From NCBI GenBank assembly GCA_964252035.1, contig OZ176208.1: 64,000 bases of DNA. One strand, given 5' to 3'. The translations under genes and the position numbers were made by a program. Of the stretch, positions 51,689 to 64,000 are shown piece after piece. The DNA is from Podarcis erhardii. Its lineage: Eukaryota. Below the pieces are notes generated by a model that made no database searches, was not told where the DNA came from, and saw nothing but the letters and a program-made list of their open reading frames with translations. Position 1 is the stretch's first letter. Each line of letters starts with the position of its first letter.

Positions 51689-54107
51689 CATAGTGTGGGT
51701 TGCCAATGCCCAGGGCCATGCAAAAGGAGAAGGGAGGAAAATGGATGGAGTATGCATGAGTACTCAATGCCTAAGAGCACCCGTATCACCTAGGAGATCA
51801 CAGCTGCAGAGATAAGAAAAGAAAAGTTGATCCATTGTCTGAAGAGGTCATTTCCAGAGCTCAGTGACGGAAATGCACAGCTGTATTGAGGCAGCACTGG
51901 GTGCTGAAATTTTGCATCCCTAAAAATTTTGTGCCCGGGGCACTGCCAAATGTTGAGAATGGAGACTGAGTGGCTATATTAAGCATACACAGAAGAGGTT
52001 ATTCCTTCATAAATCCACCTATTCACCACCACTGTCTCATGCACACTGCAGTATTCAACTCATTTGTGGCACTCCCAGTCAATCCGCTTTGTGTAAGCTG
52101 GTGATGATGTGGAACTCATGGGAAAGGAATTGTGACCTGGCTAGATGCTTAGGCACATAACCACTGTACCATACGCCATCAGAAGTATCTTTGTGTGAAC
52201 AGGCCCTTAGTTGCAATGGAGCTACATTCTTTTTATTTAGAAGCTTGAGTGGAAACAATGCAAAAGAGCTATCCAGCTCCCTTACTTGCCTTCTGCAAAG
52301 TCTCATTTCCTCTATAAACTAGCTAGATTATTCCCAGTCTCGTGTGTGTGTGTGTTACGATAAGCAATGACTCTAATCAATCAAGCTGATGATTATTCCT
52401 TGCCTGACTATGCAGAAGCAAATGCCATTTATTCACCATAATTCAGGAAGATAAAAGACTGATATGCTTATCTGAAAGCCATGTATGGGATCTTCAGCTC
52501 CTTGGGAGGGAAGGTGGGATATAAATCAAATAAATAAGCATACCTTGCAAGCAGCTCCTCGTCCTTTTTTCTGTCTTTCTCTGGTGCATGGCTGGCACTG
52601 TGCAAGAAGATGTACAACTGCCTAGAAAAGACCAAAAGAGATGGAGATTGCAGTAGGGCTGGGGAAAGCCATGGTTATAGGATCATTTATTTATTTATGT
52701 CCTTGAGCTGTAAGAAGTGCTTTATATTCCCATGGAGTGCTGTTAGAAAATTCCCTGGACCCAGGAAAACAGAAAACCATTGTGAACACATGTACCTTCT
52801 CTTTGAAATTGCTAAGGTTGCAAGCTGCTCTGGTTCTCCAGATGGATATAGCACTGTGCATTTTTACAGTGTTTGAACTTGCCCCGCTTAGAATTCAATT
52901 TCCTCTTCTGATAGGCACGCAGGTAAATATTGCCAGTGGCTCTAATGTATATTTGTCCATCTTGAACACCATACAGAAATATTGTTGCTGTGTGCAATTG
53001 ACACAAAGAACTGTTTATATAATATATAATAATCACCTGGCATCCTCTATCAAACTTTTTAGGAGCCATCAAATTTAATTTCCCCTTCGCACAATAAAAC
53101 AGCAAGAGGAAACTTTAATAGAATGCATTATGTAACAGGTTCTATAAAAACAGCAGACCCGGCCCGGCACTGGAGCACTTCCTTCCGGAGACCCAATAAC
53201 TTGTGCTGAAAGGATACTTGCTGGCTACCATGGCAACTGCAAGAGATGACACTAAGGGGAAAACAGCAACAAAAGGATCTCTTTTTTTGTCCTCAGGAAA
53301 ACAAGGTCTGGCTTCAGACTTGTGATACAGTGTGAATGCAGAGAAAGAGAGAGAAAATCAGTTAGCAATTCCACTCAGGTTCCAGTGACATTGCAAAGCT
53401 TCAATGTTTGCTGTGCAGTTTTTCTCCTTAGCTTTGTGCAGAGGATGGGGGGGGGGCGCATTTAGCAAATGTGTTTTTGAAATTGATGTGAATTTCAGTG
53501 CCTGTCTGCATGCAAAATCTCCTTCCAATCCCGCTTTCCCACAAAACATTTTTACTTCCTTTGTCACATTTAACTGTAAAAGGCTCCTTTGTCTTTCTGG
53601 GTCTGTCATGCTCTGCATTTCATTGCCCAGGAGACAGCTGTTTTCAAGGCCTTTCTAAAGTGGGGGAGGGGGGTTGTAAACAACTCCAAAGCCTAGACAG
53701 GGGCACACAAACATTACCAGGCTCATCATCCTCATCAGCCACAGAGGGAAACAGCCAGAGCCTTCTCAATACGGCTTAGGGAAACCAAAGATTTAAAAGA
53801 ATCACAGAACTCGAAGCAGGGAAGAGCCAAAGGACAACAGAATAAACTCTCATTGATTTTAGAAGCAGAGTTGGCCATATATTGACATTCTCTCTCTCTC
53901 TCTTTTTGTAGAGTCATTAATACACTTTGGCTCATTATTGTCCAATAATGGCTGCTTCTTATGATCAAGGATAACAAAATTAGATACACAGCTTTCAAAA
54001 CAACAACAACAACTAGCTATCTAAAATTGCAATCTGTCAGGATCAGACAGCTCCCTAGATGATTTTCTTCTTTTTCTGGGCACAAGAGAAATAGACAAGA
54101 TGTTTTT

Positions 54108-54219
54108 GAATCATGGAATATTAGAGTTGCAAAGGACCACGAGGGTCATCTAGTCCAACGCCTTGCAATGAAGGAATCTTTTGCCCAACGTGGGGCTCGA
54201 ACAAACCTGAGATTAAGAG
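54108..54219 (-). mobile_element. tRNA-head/CR1-tail SINE (Squam2-like), partial
   Basis: Homologous to the 48107 and 58098 copies. Confidence 0.75.
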
Positions 54220-54419
54220 GCACATTCTCATTGTCATGAATGGCTCAGTGCCAAAATATTTCACCTGGAAAACAATCTGCTTCCTTTACCATGCCCATTG
54301 CATTACTACAAGTTATCAGGGCTGACATGGAAATTTTCATATTGGAGAAAATTAAGTACTGGCATTTCTTATGGCTCCATGCTTTACATCAATGGCCTTT
54401 GCAAACAAAATATATTGTT

Positions 54420-54600
54420 TTTATGAAATTTGCTGATGATACAAAGCTGAGATGCCGTATCATCAATATAGATGAAGATCTGGAAGTTTTTTTTAACACA
54501 TTAACTGGATGACATTATGGACTAATGGAACTGGGGTGAAATGTAGTACTGTTGTCAATTTAAGAACTAGCAATGAGAACTGTTGATATGGAAAGGCTCA
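54420..54600 (+). mobile_element. Ancient CR1 RT remnant
   Basis: MKFADDTKL motif. Confidence 0.6.
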
Positions 54601-54829
54601 ACAACTGAACCACAGAAGATGAAAGAGTCCTGGAAGTCCCCGGAATACTTTAGATATTCAAAAGATGGAACAAGAGGAGAATCACATGTGACTTCCACTT
54701 CCCAGATAGCCAGTTTTATCTTTTAAAAAAGTGCATTTTACCCATTGAGATACATATGTTCTCTTCTTGCATTGGAATAATGCATATGGCTCTAATGCAA
54801 CTATGGATGGTGGTGGTGATGACTATATT

Positions 54830-55022
54830 TCTGCCTTCACAGTTGGAAGCAACGATGCCTCTGAATACCAGTTCCTAGAAGCTTCAGGAGGAGAGAATGG
54901 TCTTGTGCTCAGGCTCTGGCTGCACAAGTTTCCCACAAGGATCTGTTTAGCTACTGTGTGAACAGGATGCTGGGTTATAGAAGGGCTGCTGGCCTGATCC
55001 AGCAAGCTCTTCTTATGTTCTT
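54830..55022 (+). mobile_element. Old CR1-type 3' end
   Basis: ggcctgatccagcaagctcttcttatgttctta terminus. Confidence 0.6.
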
Positions 55023-55339
55023 AGCATTCTAGTAAGAAGAAATGTCCAGTCACTAGGGAAGTCATCAGCTTCAACATCCTCCCCCAAAACATTTGGGAGG
55101 ACAGACAACTTTATTCAGAGAACCTCCACATATCTGTTTTATGAAGGGGCCAAAACAGAAATGATGGCAAATCTTCAATTCATAATTGCTTGGGTTTGTT
55201 TGGTTTTTAAAAATAAAATAAAAAAGTTGGTTTGGGACCAAGACAGGAAGAACTTAATGTTTCCCCACCACCACAGTCCTAATCCACATCAAAGGGCCCC
55301 CACAGCTGCTATTTGCATCCTGAGAAAAGCTCCCATTGG

Positions 55340-56120
55340 CACCATTGCTTCTTTTCCATTGACATGATCATTTTTAAGTTTTTTTATGAAGAGGATTCTT
55401 GGAAGGATATCTTTTAATGGTTTTATGTGTTTCCCCTGTTGATGTATGTTGAGTGAATCTCTGGCCGCATTCAGATAGCACTTGATTCCGTTTCCCCAAC
55501 ATTTCCTTACCTGATGCATTCTGTGTTTTATGTGCTCTTTTATCAGGCATAAAAGTCACTTCTGGCCATGGCCTGTGGTCCAGGCCTTTTGGAGGAACGT
55601 TCAAATTTCTGAACATCTCAGAAATTGGCACCATCGTCAGAGCTGTGATTCAACCCAGTTCTGCCCCATGCCTTTTAGCTGGTTTAAAGGGAATAATCCA
55701 TCTATTTTTCTGAAACCTCTTGTAATGTTCTTGCTGCCTGATTGGTGGCTGATCAAGGAATATCACCCCTGGTGGTTGGTTTTAGAAAGCTCTTCACAGA
55801 GCCCTTCTGAAAAACTCACTCCGTATCTCAAAGTTCTTTGGGGAGATGCAGAGCTGGAAGACGTTCACACTGTCTGGTGGACTTTTATCATTTATTTGAA
55901 TAAACAGCTTGAAAGAAACTTTAACTTTCCTAGGTATGATTTTTTGGGGAAATATTTGTGACCCTGAACCCCTTCTTTCTGTTTCAAAGTCTTGGTATAA
56001 TGAACCACCCTTCAATCTTTCTTTAAGGGACCCTTTATTCTGTTGTAACGGCCTTATGTTGTAACTTTTACCTGTACCAGTGAATTAATTCATGGTTGGT
56101 TGGTTTTGTTGTTGTTATAA
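55340..56120 (+). mobile_element. Degenerate L1/Tx1 ORF2 C-terminal fragment
   Basis: HFWPWPVVQAFWRNV (HxFWxCPxVxxFW-like), EKLTPYLK, WWTFIIYL; AATAAA near the end. Confidence 0.55.
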
Positions 56121-57222
56121 ACATTAATAAAATATAATTTTAAGAGCACAGCTGCTCAGCTGGGGAAATAGTATTTTCCAAGGAATTGTTAATTTCATTT
56201 CATTCTTCTAAAACATTTCTCTTTCTAAGTCAGGAAATTGTGAAACCAAACATTCGCTCCATTCTGGAAGATGTCTCCTGATGCGTCCTTCCCCCTCACC
56301 TACCATCAAAAGAGCTGCAGCTCTGGAACAGTATTGTAAAATTGCACTTTAATTAAAAGGAAAGGTAAAATCTCTTAAAAGTTCATAGTTTATTTTGGGA
56401 TTAGATGCTCACTATCAAGTTGTGGCACATACTAAACTCTGCTAACACAGAGTTGGGGAAAGTATATAAAACAAAGGATTTGAGAACTCTCTCTTCCTTT
56501 GAAAGAAAAAACCTTCCAAGCTTCAAAACTCTTCCTGAGGCCTCTGCATTTGACATGTAGCAATAGATCGCTGCTCTGAATCCTGTATGTCTGAGCCAAT
56601 GTCATAAATACAGTATATGCTTCCTCCTTGCAAGTGAAAGAATGAAATCTAATCCATTGCAAATGACTTCACAGGGATATAAGGAGAAGTGTCATTTCAA
56701 ACAAAAAGTCAGGCCTGTTGCATTTTACATTGGTTCTGAGCACACTGCAGTTTGTCTTTTACCTGCTCATAGCTTTTTCATGGACAGCATTGGTGCAGGG
56801 CCAAACGCTTTAGCCAGTTGTCTGGTATCTATCCAGAATAGCTTCACTGAAAGCTAATCAATTCACAGTGGTTTAAGAGGCAGCACAATCTTGCCCATAG
56901 ACTGCTGATCATTTCAACTCCCAGAACAAATTTGTAAAGGATAGGAAACACATTAGCAGTGCAAAGTAAATAACTAGGGTACAATTCCAGCACAAATAAT
57001 TACGTTGCCTTCTTACAGCATGTGCACAGCTTGAAGTGGATGCAGTATTTTCTTTATATGTCCATTAAGAGCAAAAAGTTGCTGTGGCAGCATTTCAGTT
57101 GGCGATGAACTCATTCCTGTGCAAGGTCTACCTGTTGTGAGGGCAGTTTGAAAAGCCAAGAGTTCCTATGTTGAGAGGAGGAAATCCTTTGGCCATTCAA
57201 AGAAGAGCCTTACCAACATCTC

Positions 57223-57278
57223 AAGAAGAAGAAGAAGAAGAAGAAGAAGAAGAAGAAGAAGAAGAAGAAGAAGAAGAA

Positions 57279-57312
<34 letters not shown>

Positions 57313-57423
57313 TTGGATTTGATATTCCGCTTTATCATTACCCGAAGGAGTCTCAAAGCGGCTAACATTCTCCTTTCCCTTCCTCCCCCACAACAAACAC
57401 TCTGTGAGGTGAGTGGGGCTGAG
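57223..57423 (-). mobile_element. 5'-truncated Squam3-like SINE with an expanded compound tail
   Basis: Body matches 6290-6405; tail (AAG)18 AA (TAG)11 on the plus strand; 7-bp TSD AACATCT (57215-21, 57425-31). Confidence 0.88.
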
Positions 57424-57619
57424 TAACATCTACTTTTGCTGCAATTTAGGGTCCTCATTTCGCATGAGGGAAACAATTTGCAAGTACAGTATATTACACT
57501 CTCATTCATTCTTACAGTGGCGTTATGAAATTAGCCATTACTCATATCAAAGTACTACAGAAGTCTCTGATAGGAAGGCTGAAATAGATTCTGTGTGCAT
57601 CAAATGCAACTGATCTCGT

Positions 57620-57873
57620 GTTGTTGTTTAGTCGTTTAGTCATGTCTGACTCTTCGTGACCCCATGGACCAGAGCACGCCAGGCACTTCTGTCTTCCACT
57701 TCCTCCCGCAGTTTGGTCAAACTCATGCTGGTAGCTTTGAGAACACTATCCAACTATCTTGTCCTCTGTCATCCCTTCTCCTTGTGCCCTCAATCTTTCC
57801 CAATACCAGGGAGTCTTCTCTTCTCATGAGGTGGCCAAAGTATTGGAGCCTCAGCTTCAAGATCTGTCCTTCC
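57620..57873 (-). mobile_element. RTE-BovB LINE 3' fragment
   Basis: gttgttgtttagtcgtttagtcatgtctgactcttcgtgaccccatggac...ggccaaagtattggag is the characteristic BovB antisense 3' end. Confidence 0.88.
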
Positions 57874-57944
57874 TACATGGCTGGATTTAGGGGTAGGTTT
57901 GGGGCTGGGCTTGAGATGCGGCTGTCACAGGCAATGTACTAAAT

Positions 57945-58070
57945 CAGGGGTGGCTAAACTATGGCCCTCCAGATGTTGTAGGACAACAACTCCCATCACT
58001 CCTGACCATTGGCCATGCTAGCTAGGGCTGACGGCGGTTGGAGTTCAGTGACACAGGACTGACACCTCTG
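57945..58070. mobile_element. hAT MITE (14985 family)
   Basis: caggggtggctaaac..ggccctccagatgtt start; flanks tactaaat/tactgaac match 6/8. Confidence 0.75.
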
Positions 58071-58097
58071 TACTGAACTATCCACTCAATTGCTGAA

Positions 58098-58236
58098 ATA
58101 GTAGAATTGCACAGGTGGAAGGGATCCTGAGGGTCATTGAGTCCAATCCCCTGCAACGCAGGAATCTTTTGCCAATCTTGGGCTCAATCGCACAACCCTG
58201 AGATTAAGAGTCCCTTGCTGTACCAACTGAGATATC
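58098..58236 (-). mobile_element. tRNA-head/CR1-tail SINE (Squam2-like)
   Basis: Homologous to the 48107 copy. Confidence 0.75.
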
Positions 58237-60019
58237 TCTGTTCATTTTCACTTGCTCAATAGGCAACATTAACTTTTGTGGCGTGTGCTATTTTAATGTC
58301 CGTCTTCTTTCTTTTTTGGAGAAAAAAATACAATGGGTTGTAGTCAACTAAATTTCACTCAGAGTATAACTATTGAAATAAATGGACCTAAGTTATTTAT
58401 GATCATGAATCTCAAAGGGGCTTCTCTGAGTAAAATTAAAACACATGGCTTTTTTTTGTTTTGTTACAGTACTGGTACCTCTTTTTTTCCTTTTGCTGCC
58501 CATGGTATCAATGTTAGAATGGCTATTAAATACCGTAAAACTGGCAGATGCTACCCATTTGGTTCATGGATGAGTAAAGAAGTTCAAGCCAAATGATATG
58601 ATGAGGAACATGAAGGTGCCATCATCATACACGAGGACAGTTCCCTGCCCTGAGGAGCTTACAATAAAAAACATGGTGGAAACAACAGAGGGAGGGGAAG
58701 CAGGGCTAAATAAGAATTGAATTAGTTATAGTTGTCTACACTTAGGCTTTGTTACATGCTGAGTTACAGTATGGCATGAGAACTAGGGTTTGTGCCAAAG
58801 GATGAATGAAAAAGTAGGTTATGAGGGGATTTTTCTGGTTTGAATCCACTGGAACACACCAGCTGCCTGTGATTTATTACTGTATTGAAACTCACTTAAC
58901 AACTTGCTAAAATACAAAAACAGAATAACACTATTAAGGATAGCAGTGCAGGGTTGACCTAACATCTTCCTCCATCACAGCCCACTGCAATATATTCTAC
59001 ATATATCCAACATGACTTTCGGTCAGGCCCAGTAGTTTTCCTTTTAAAAACTGACCACTACTCCTTCATAGTCTCACTTTGTATTTTTATCAACCCCATA
59101 GACAGAACACAATTTCTGCTAACCACACAATATCTTAGGGCCCCATGGGAACATACTGTTCCAAAGTATACTTAACTGAAATCAATGGACGTAAACCAGC
59201 ATAGAAGTCACTTGATATTGAAATCAGCCTCCGCTCATTCAGTATTTTAAAATAAAAAGATGTGAGACGAGCTGCATTTTGATGAGTCAGCCATATAATT
59301 AAGAGATTTTGAGGCGGACTTAATAGATCCTGCTACTAATTGCAATAACTCAGCTCAATACTATTGGGTAGTTGAGTTTTACAAAATACTGCTACTCCAG
59401 CAAACTGTTTTGCTGACTGCGCTGCAGGCTTCATTAACTGAACTGCAAAGCCTTTGATAAGAAACATGTACTCTGCTAATCACGCAGTACAGCCTTGTTC
59501 CCTGACCTCTAAAAGGAAATTGTTGCTTTTGTGAATATGTGGTGCGCGCACACACAAACAATTCACACTATCAAGATACTGTACGAAATAAACGTTCATG
59601 AATTTAAAATTCAGAGCATAAGACCTACAGTGCAATCTTTTAGTTCCCTTCATTACTTGCCATGCAAACTTCTATTTTCTAGATGCAAAAACTAAGGGAA
59701 CTAAAATCAGTGCAAAAGAAGAACAATGCACAGCAATTTTAAGCAAGTTTACGCAGACATAAATTCCACCGAGCTCAGATGGTTACAGCTATAATCCTAT
59801 ACCCACCCATTTATCCTTACTTCAGAGAAGTTATGTATAAGATTGCACTGTAATTTTTTTTTCAGACTTTGGTTACAAGGTACTGTGTATACTACCATAC
59901 AGGCAACCTCATTTGGCCCCCAGTCCTGAAGTTCCCCTACTCCTGACACAGGACATGGGGCTGGGAAGAAAGAAATGGAAGCCTAAACCCATAGATCCTC
60001 AGTCAGTGGTTCTTTAGTA

Positions 60020-60380
60020 AAGGTAAAGGTAAAGGTAAAGGGATCCCTGACCATTAGGTCCAGTTGTGACCGACTCTGGGGTTGCGGCGCTCATCTCGCT
60101 TTATTGGCCGAGGGAGCCGGCGTACAGCTTCCGGTTCATGTGGCCAGCATGGCTAAGCCGCTTCTGGTGAACCAGAGCGGTGCACGGAAATGCCATTTAC
60201 CTTCCCGCCGGAGCAGTACCTATTTATCTACTTGCACTCTGACGTGCTTTCAAACTGCTAGGTAGGCAGGAGCTGGGACCGAACAATGGGAGCTCACCTG
60301 TCGCGGGGATTCGAACCGCTGACCTTCCGATCGGCAAGCCCTAGGTTCTGTGGTTTAGAACACAGCACCACCCGCATCCC
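60020..60380 (-). mobile_element. Full-length Sauria SINE
   Basis: tRNA head with B-box (ggttcgaatcccc on the minus strand), (ACCTTT)n tail, 11-bp TSD GTTCTTTAGTA (60009-19, 60382-92). Confidence 0.95.
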
Positions 60381-60504
60381 AGTTCTTTAGTAGCACCCAG
60401 TTATTTTTATCTATTTGTTTATTTCATTTGTATCCCAACCTTTATCACTAAAAAATGATCCAAGAGTGGTTACTTACATAAAATATAATAAAGTGATAGC
60501 AAAC

Positions 60505-60730
60505 CAACTTATTTCTTTATATCCTGCCTTTCCTCCAGGGAACTTAAGGTGGCATACATGGTTTTCCCTCTCATTTCCTCCCTGTTTTATCCTCATAGCA
60601 ACCCTGTGAGGTAAATTAGGCAAAGAGACAGTGACTGGTCCATAGTCACTCAATGAGCTTCATAGCTGAGTGGGAATTTGTACCCTAGGTCCTAGTCCAG
60701 CACTCTAAACACTACACCATACTGTCTCTC
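60505..60730 (-). mobile_element. Old tRNA-derived SINE (Squam3-like)
   Basis: cactacaccatactgtctctc head on the minus strand; core ttatcctcatagcaaccctgtgagg. Confidence 0.75.
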
Positions 60731-62277
60731 AAACAAGTAGAATATTAAGCAGTCTAAAATTCATAAATATCACAGCCTCACTATCTGCATACAAATATGA
60801 GTGGTCTATCTGATTTTATCACAATTGTAAGTCTCTCAGGAAACAATATGCATATGCATCTGACAGCCCCTCCAAACTACCAGCAATACAAACGTTGCCA
60901 ATTTACTCTAATTAAAGCTATGCTGTGTCATATGTGCTTAAATGGTCGATCTGTCTTGAGGTAATTATACCTCTGTGTAGCCTTCTGTCAGAATTAAACT
61001 CAGATGGAAGACTCAGGGAACAGTCCACATTTGTTAACAATTAGACACAATCACATCTCCCCCCCCCCCCATATTCAGATAGAGCAAAAGATGGTTGGGT
61101 AGAGATGCTGATGAATTTGTAGAAGAGGAAACCAGATGGCACAACCACAACCACTCATCAATATGACTTTTTTCTATTTAGTGGTGCAGCGGCGTAATTT
61201 TAGACCCTAGACTTAATGGGCCTAGGCCGGCCCCCATTTAGACAGCCATGTGTATTGCTTCAGTTGCGAAGCCCACAACATTTCGCTTCTCCATCCCCCA
61301 CTGACAATCCATGTTTTACAACTGCTTCTACATTCCTGAGACGTCAAGCTTACAGGTCAAGCTGCTTTTTCTTTTTTGCTTTTTACTACAACTCCAAGAC
61401 TTACCGACTGGAAACAGGTACAAAAGCCATACACTTAAATAAAAGAATCCTGTGTTTTCCAAAAACTAGTTTTCTGAACCCAGGAATTTGTCCTGACTAT
61501 TTTCAGGACTGAGAGGTTTATTGGGTTTTCTGCTTCAGGAACTCAAGCAATAACAAACTTGATTGACTTTTATTTCATATCCGTTCTTGAGAATCACTAA
61601 TTCCATTCAAAAGACCCACCTGATTAAATGAATTACATGAGTGGTCAGAACTGTCAAGGCTCCCTGAAGCCTTAGCCAGCATGGCCAATGGTCAAGGCTG
61701 ATGGGAGTTGTTCCCAACTTAATAAGCTCCAGATCCATGTTCCTTAACAGGTGACCTTTTCAGTTTCTATGGCCAGTCCATTTTGCCCATTCTAATGTCA
61801 TAGCCTTGTGTGAGCCTTACTAAATCTGGCAGGTGGCTGCTTGTGCTTTAGTCACAGCAGCCGTAAATAATTATTCCTTCCAGCACTGAATGCGCATACA
61901 TAGTATGGAAAGGCAAGATTATAGCTGACACTGGCTTATTAAAATTGATGGCTTTTGTCGTAGAGGAGATGCCCAACCATTTCATTCTTTTTGCACTAAT
62001 TTAGGAGCTCATTGCTGAGAAGATATTACCTGCATCTTTGCTATTGAAAGGCATAGAAGGCAATGCATATCATCTGATTTAAAGTCTCTTGCACGATGAC
62101 CCTTGAGGCTCCGCAAGTCTGTTTATTTAGAGCCAGGTCTCATCCTTGCCCTGATCCATTTTGGAGTTATATAAACTGAACATCATTTCACTTTCCCACA
62201 CCACTGATACTCCACAATTCTAGTGCATTATATGGCTGGTGGATTGGCCTTTTTGAACATTTTAGTCCAGCAAAGTA

Positions 62278-62519
62278 CAGTGGTACCTTGGGTTACATAT
62301 GCTTCAGGTTACATACGCTTCAGGTTACAGACTCTGCTTACCCAGAAATAGTACCTCGGGTTAAGAACTTTGCTTCAGGATGAGAACAGAAATCGTGCTC
62401 TGGCGACGTGGCAGCAGCAGGAGGCCCCGTTAGCTAAAGTGGTGCTTCAGGTTAAGAACAGTTTCAGGTTAAGGACGGACCTCCGGAACGAATTAAGTAA
62501 TTAACCCGAGGTACCACTG
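62278..62519. mobile_element. Tigger-type MITE, family A
   Basis: CAGTGGTACCT / GAGGTACCACTG TIRs, TA flanks; homologous to 48889 and 45327. Confidence 0.93.
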
Positions 62520-62619
62520 TACTTAAAATTCAGAGTTTGGTACACAGAGCTTGCTATAGCTGTTGTTGGCATCCATATGTCTCAACAGATGATGGAGTAC
62601 ACCTGTGGGGTTGAAGTCA

Positions 62620-62830
62620 AACCGCTATGTTAGCAGCACCAAAGTGACCTTCCCAAGGTGCAAGCCAGGGCAGTGTGTATGGAGGCCCTGGGATGCCTGG
62701 AATGCAAATCCCTCTCAGCGCCTTGCTGATGTGGTCCAAAGGAAAGCAGAGCAACACATTTGGCACCAGCTTGGCTGCAGGAGTTGCCAAAAGGAGGCAT
62801 ACAAGGCACCATCCAACTATCTTAGGGTAA
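62620..62830. repeat. Unclassified interspersed repeat (possibly a LINE 5' region)
   Basis: gatgtggtccaaaggaaagcagagcaa..tttggcaccagcttggctgcaggagttgcc recalled as a common lizard repeat; family not established. Confidence 0.35.
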
Positions 62831-63813
62831 ATCCAGCAAGTAGGAGATGATCGTGGTGGTTTTATTTTCTTTTTTTACAAAGTGAACTCATTGTTTGAAG
62901 GCAGCTCTTTAAAGCAAATCTGCATGCATGTATTGCTGATGTATTGCTTTAGTTTGATTCATTCATTTCATTAAATTCTCCTGAGTTACCTGCAATAACT
63001 ACGAGCAGGAGACAGAAGTATATTTCAGCAGAAAAATCTACAAGTCTGGTAAATGTTATCGGGCCTTTTGTTTTGTCTCTCAAAGCATTCTCAACTTTGC
63101 TTTTCATGCCACATGAATGTTTTCAGTCTGCTCAACAACTATATTACTGGTCGTTCCAGTCAGTTGTTTTCCTACAAAACTTTGCTTCAGTCTTGGTTAA
63201 TGTTTGCCCAGAAATATGTAATTGCGGACTTCCTCCTCATAAACCGTTCCAGAGTGCAGGCTGCCATCCTCCCATGCTATTATTATCTTTGTGCCTCCCG
63301 GCTAATGTAGGGTGTGCTTTCGCACCTAGATGAAAGATAACCCTTTCATTCCCACATCCCCGAGCCTGTAGGATTACTTCCTACCTACTGCAGCTGCATC
63401 TAAACCTGCTGAATTACAAAGATTAGAAGTGCATTTCTCATACCCTAGAATGAACATGATTCAGTGCTAGCATTACCCACATAAACAGGTGGCTAAAGAG
63501 CTCAGTTGTGTGGTTCTGTTCTCCCTCTTTGAACTATTTATGACTGGACTTAAGTCCTTCTGCAAGAAGTTGTTGCAACATTTGGCATCGTTCTAGAGGC
63601 CAGACTTACCACCACCATTTCCACCTTCCAGTACTGGTGCTAATTGGTGCTTCTTTGCCTCTTCTATTGACCCAGTGTTTACATTAGCAGCCATGCCACA
63701 CAAGGCATTTGCATTACGCTGTAGCAGTCTTCACTAACTTCTTTTGGACTTGAATTCTCATCAGTTCAAGCCAGCATGCCAAAGGGCACCAGGTTGGCAA
63801 AGGAACTACAGAG

Positions 63814-63905
63814 CAGTGTTTTTCAACCTTGGCTTCCCAGAGGTTGTTAGGCTATAACTCTGATCACCCCTAACCATGGAGAGGATTCAAAGTTGAAGAA
63901 CGCTA
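63814..63905. mobile_element. Short hAT MITE remnant
   Basis: cagtgtttttcaaccttgg / gttgaagaacgcta termini. Confidence 0.55.
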
Positions 63906-64000
63906 CTATGGAAGACCAAGGTCCTCTCCTGCCTTTTATCTCACAGAGATTATGGGTGTTATGGATCCATATTACAGCAAAAACTTGAAATTGTTTCTGA

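Noticed and set aside
57166-57509. ORFs with poly-T/L/F tracts
   Set aside because: Translation of the trinucleotide SINE tail
1-64000. CRISPR arrays, rRNA or prokaryote-style systems
   Set aside because: None seen; the sequence is vertebrate nuclear DNA

Overview
Vertebrate, repeat-rich, apparently intronic or intergenic DNA from a squamate reptile. The Sauria SINEs, Squam-type SINEs and BovB point to a squamate; a lacertid lizard is my inference from the MITE families. No intact protein-coding gene is recognisable. The only host-gene sequence I recognise is a frameshifted ~315-bp fragment of TRIM2 (end of filamin domain to start of the first NHL repeat) at 33318-33636, which still carries a splice donor. 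The rest is transposon debris: a 5'-truncated RTE-X-like LINE with a 13-bp TSD, L1, L2, CR1, BovB and Penelope-like fragments, an internally deleted Tc1 (DD34E), six Tigger-type MITEs, many hAT MITEs, a possible solo LTR and several nested insertions. There is a 235-N gap at 15443-15677 and a few orphan exon-like signals, including a 21-nt microexon candidate. I did not find strong evidence for a new biological system. The best leads are the TRIM2 fragment, a composite hAT element carrying an L2 3' end, and the microexon candidate. Repeat family names come from memory of consensus sequences, not from database searches.
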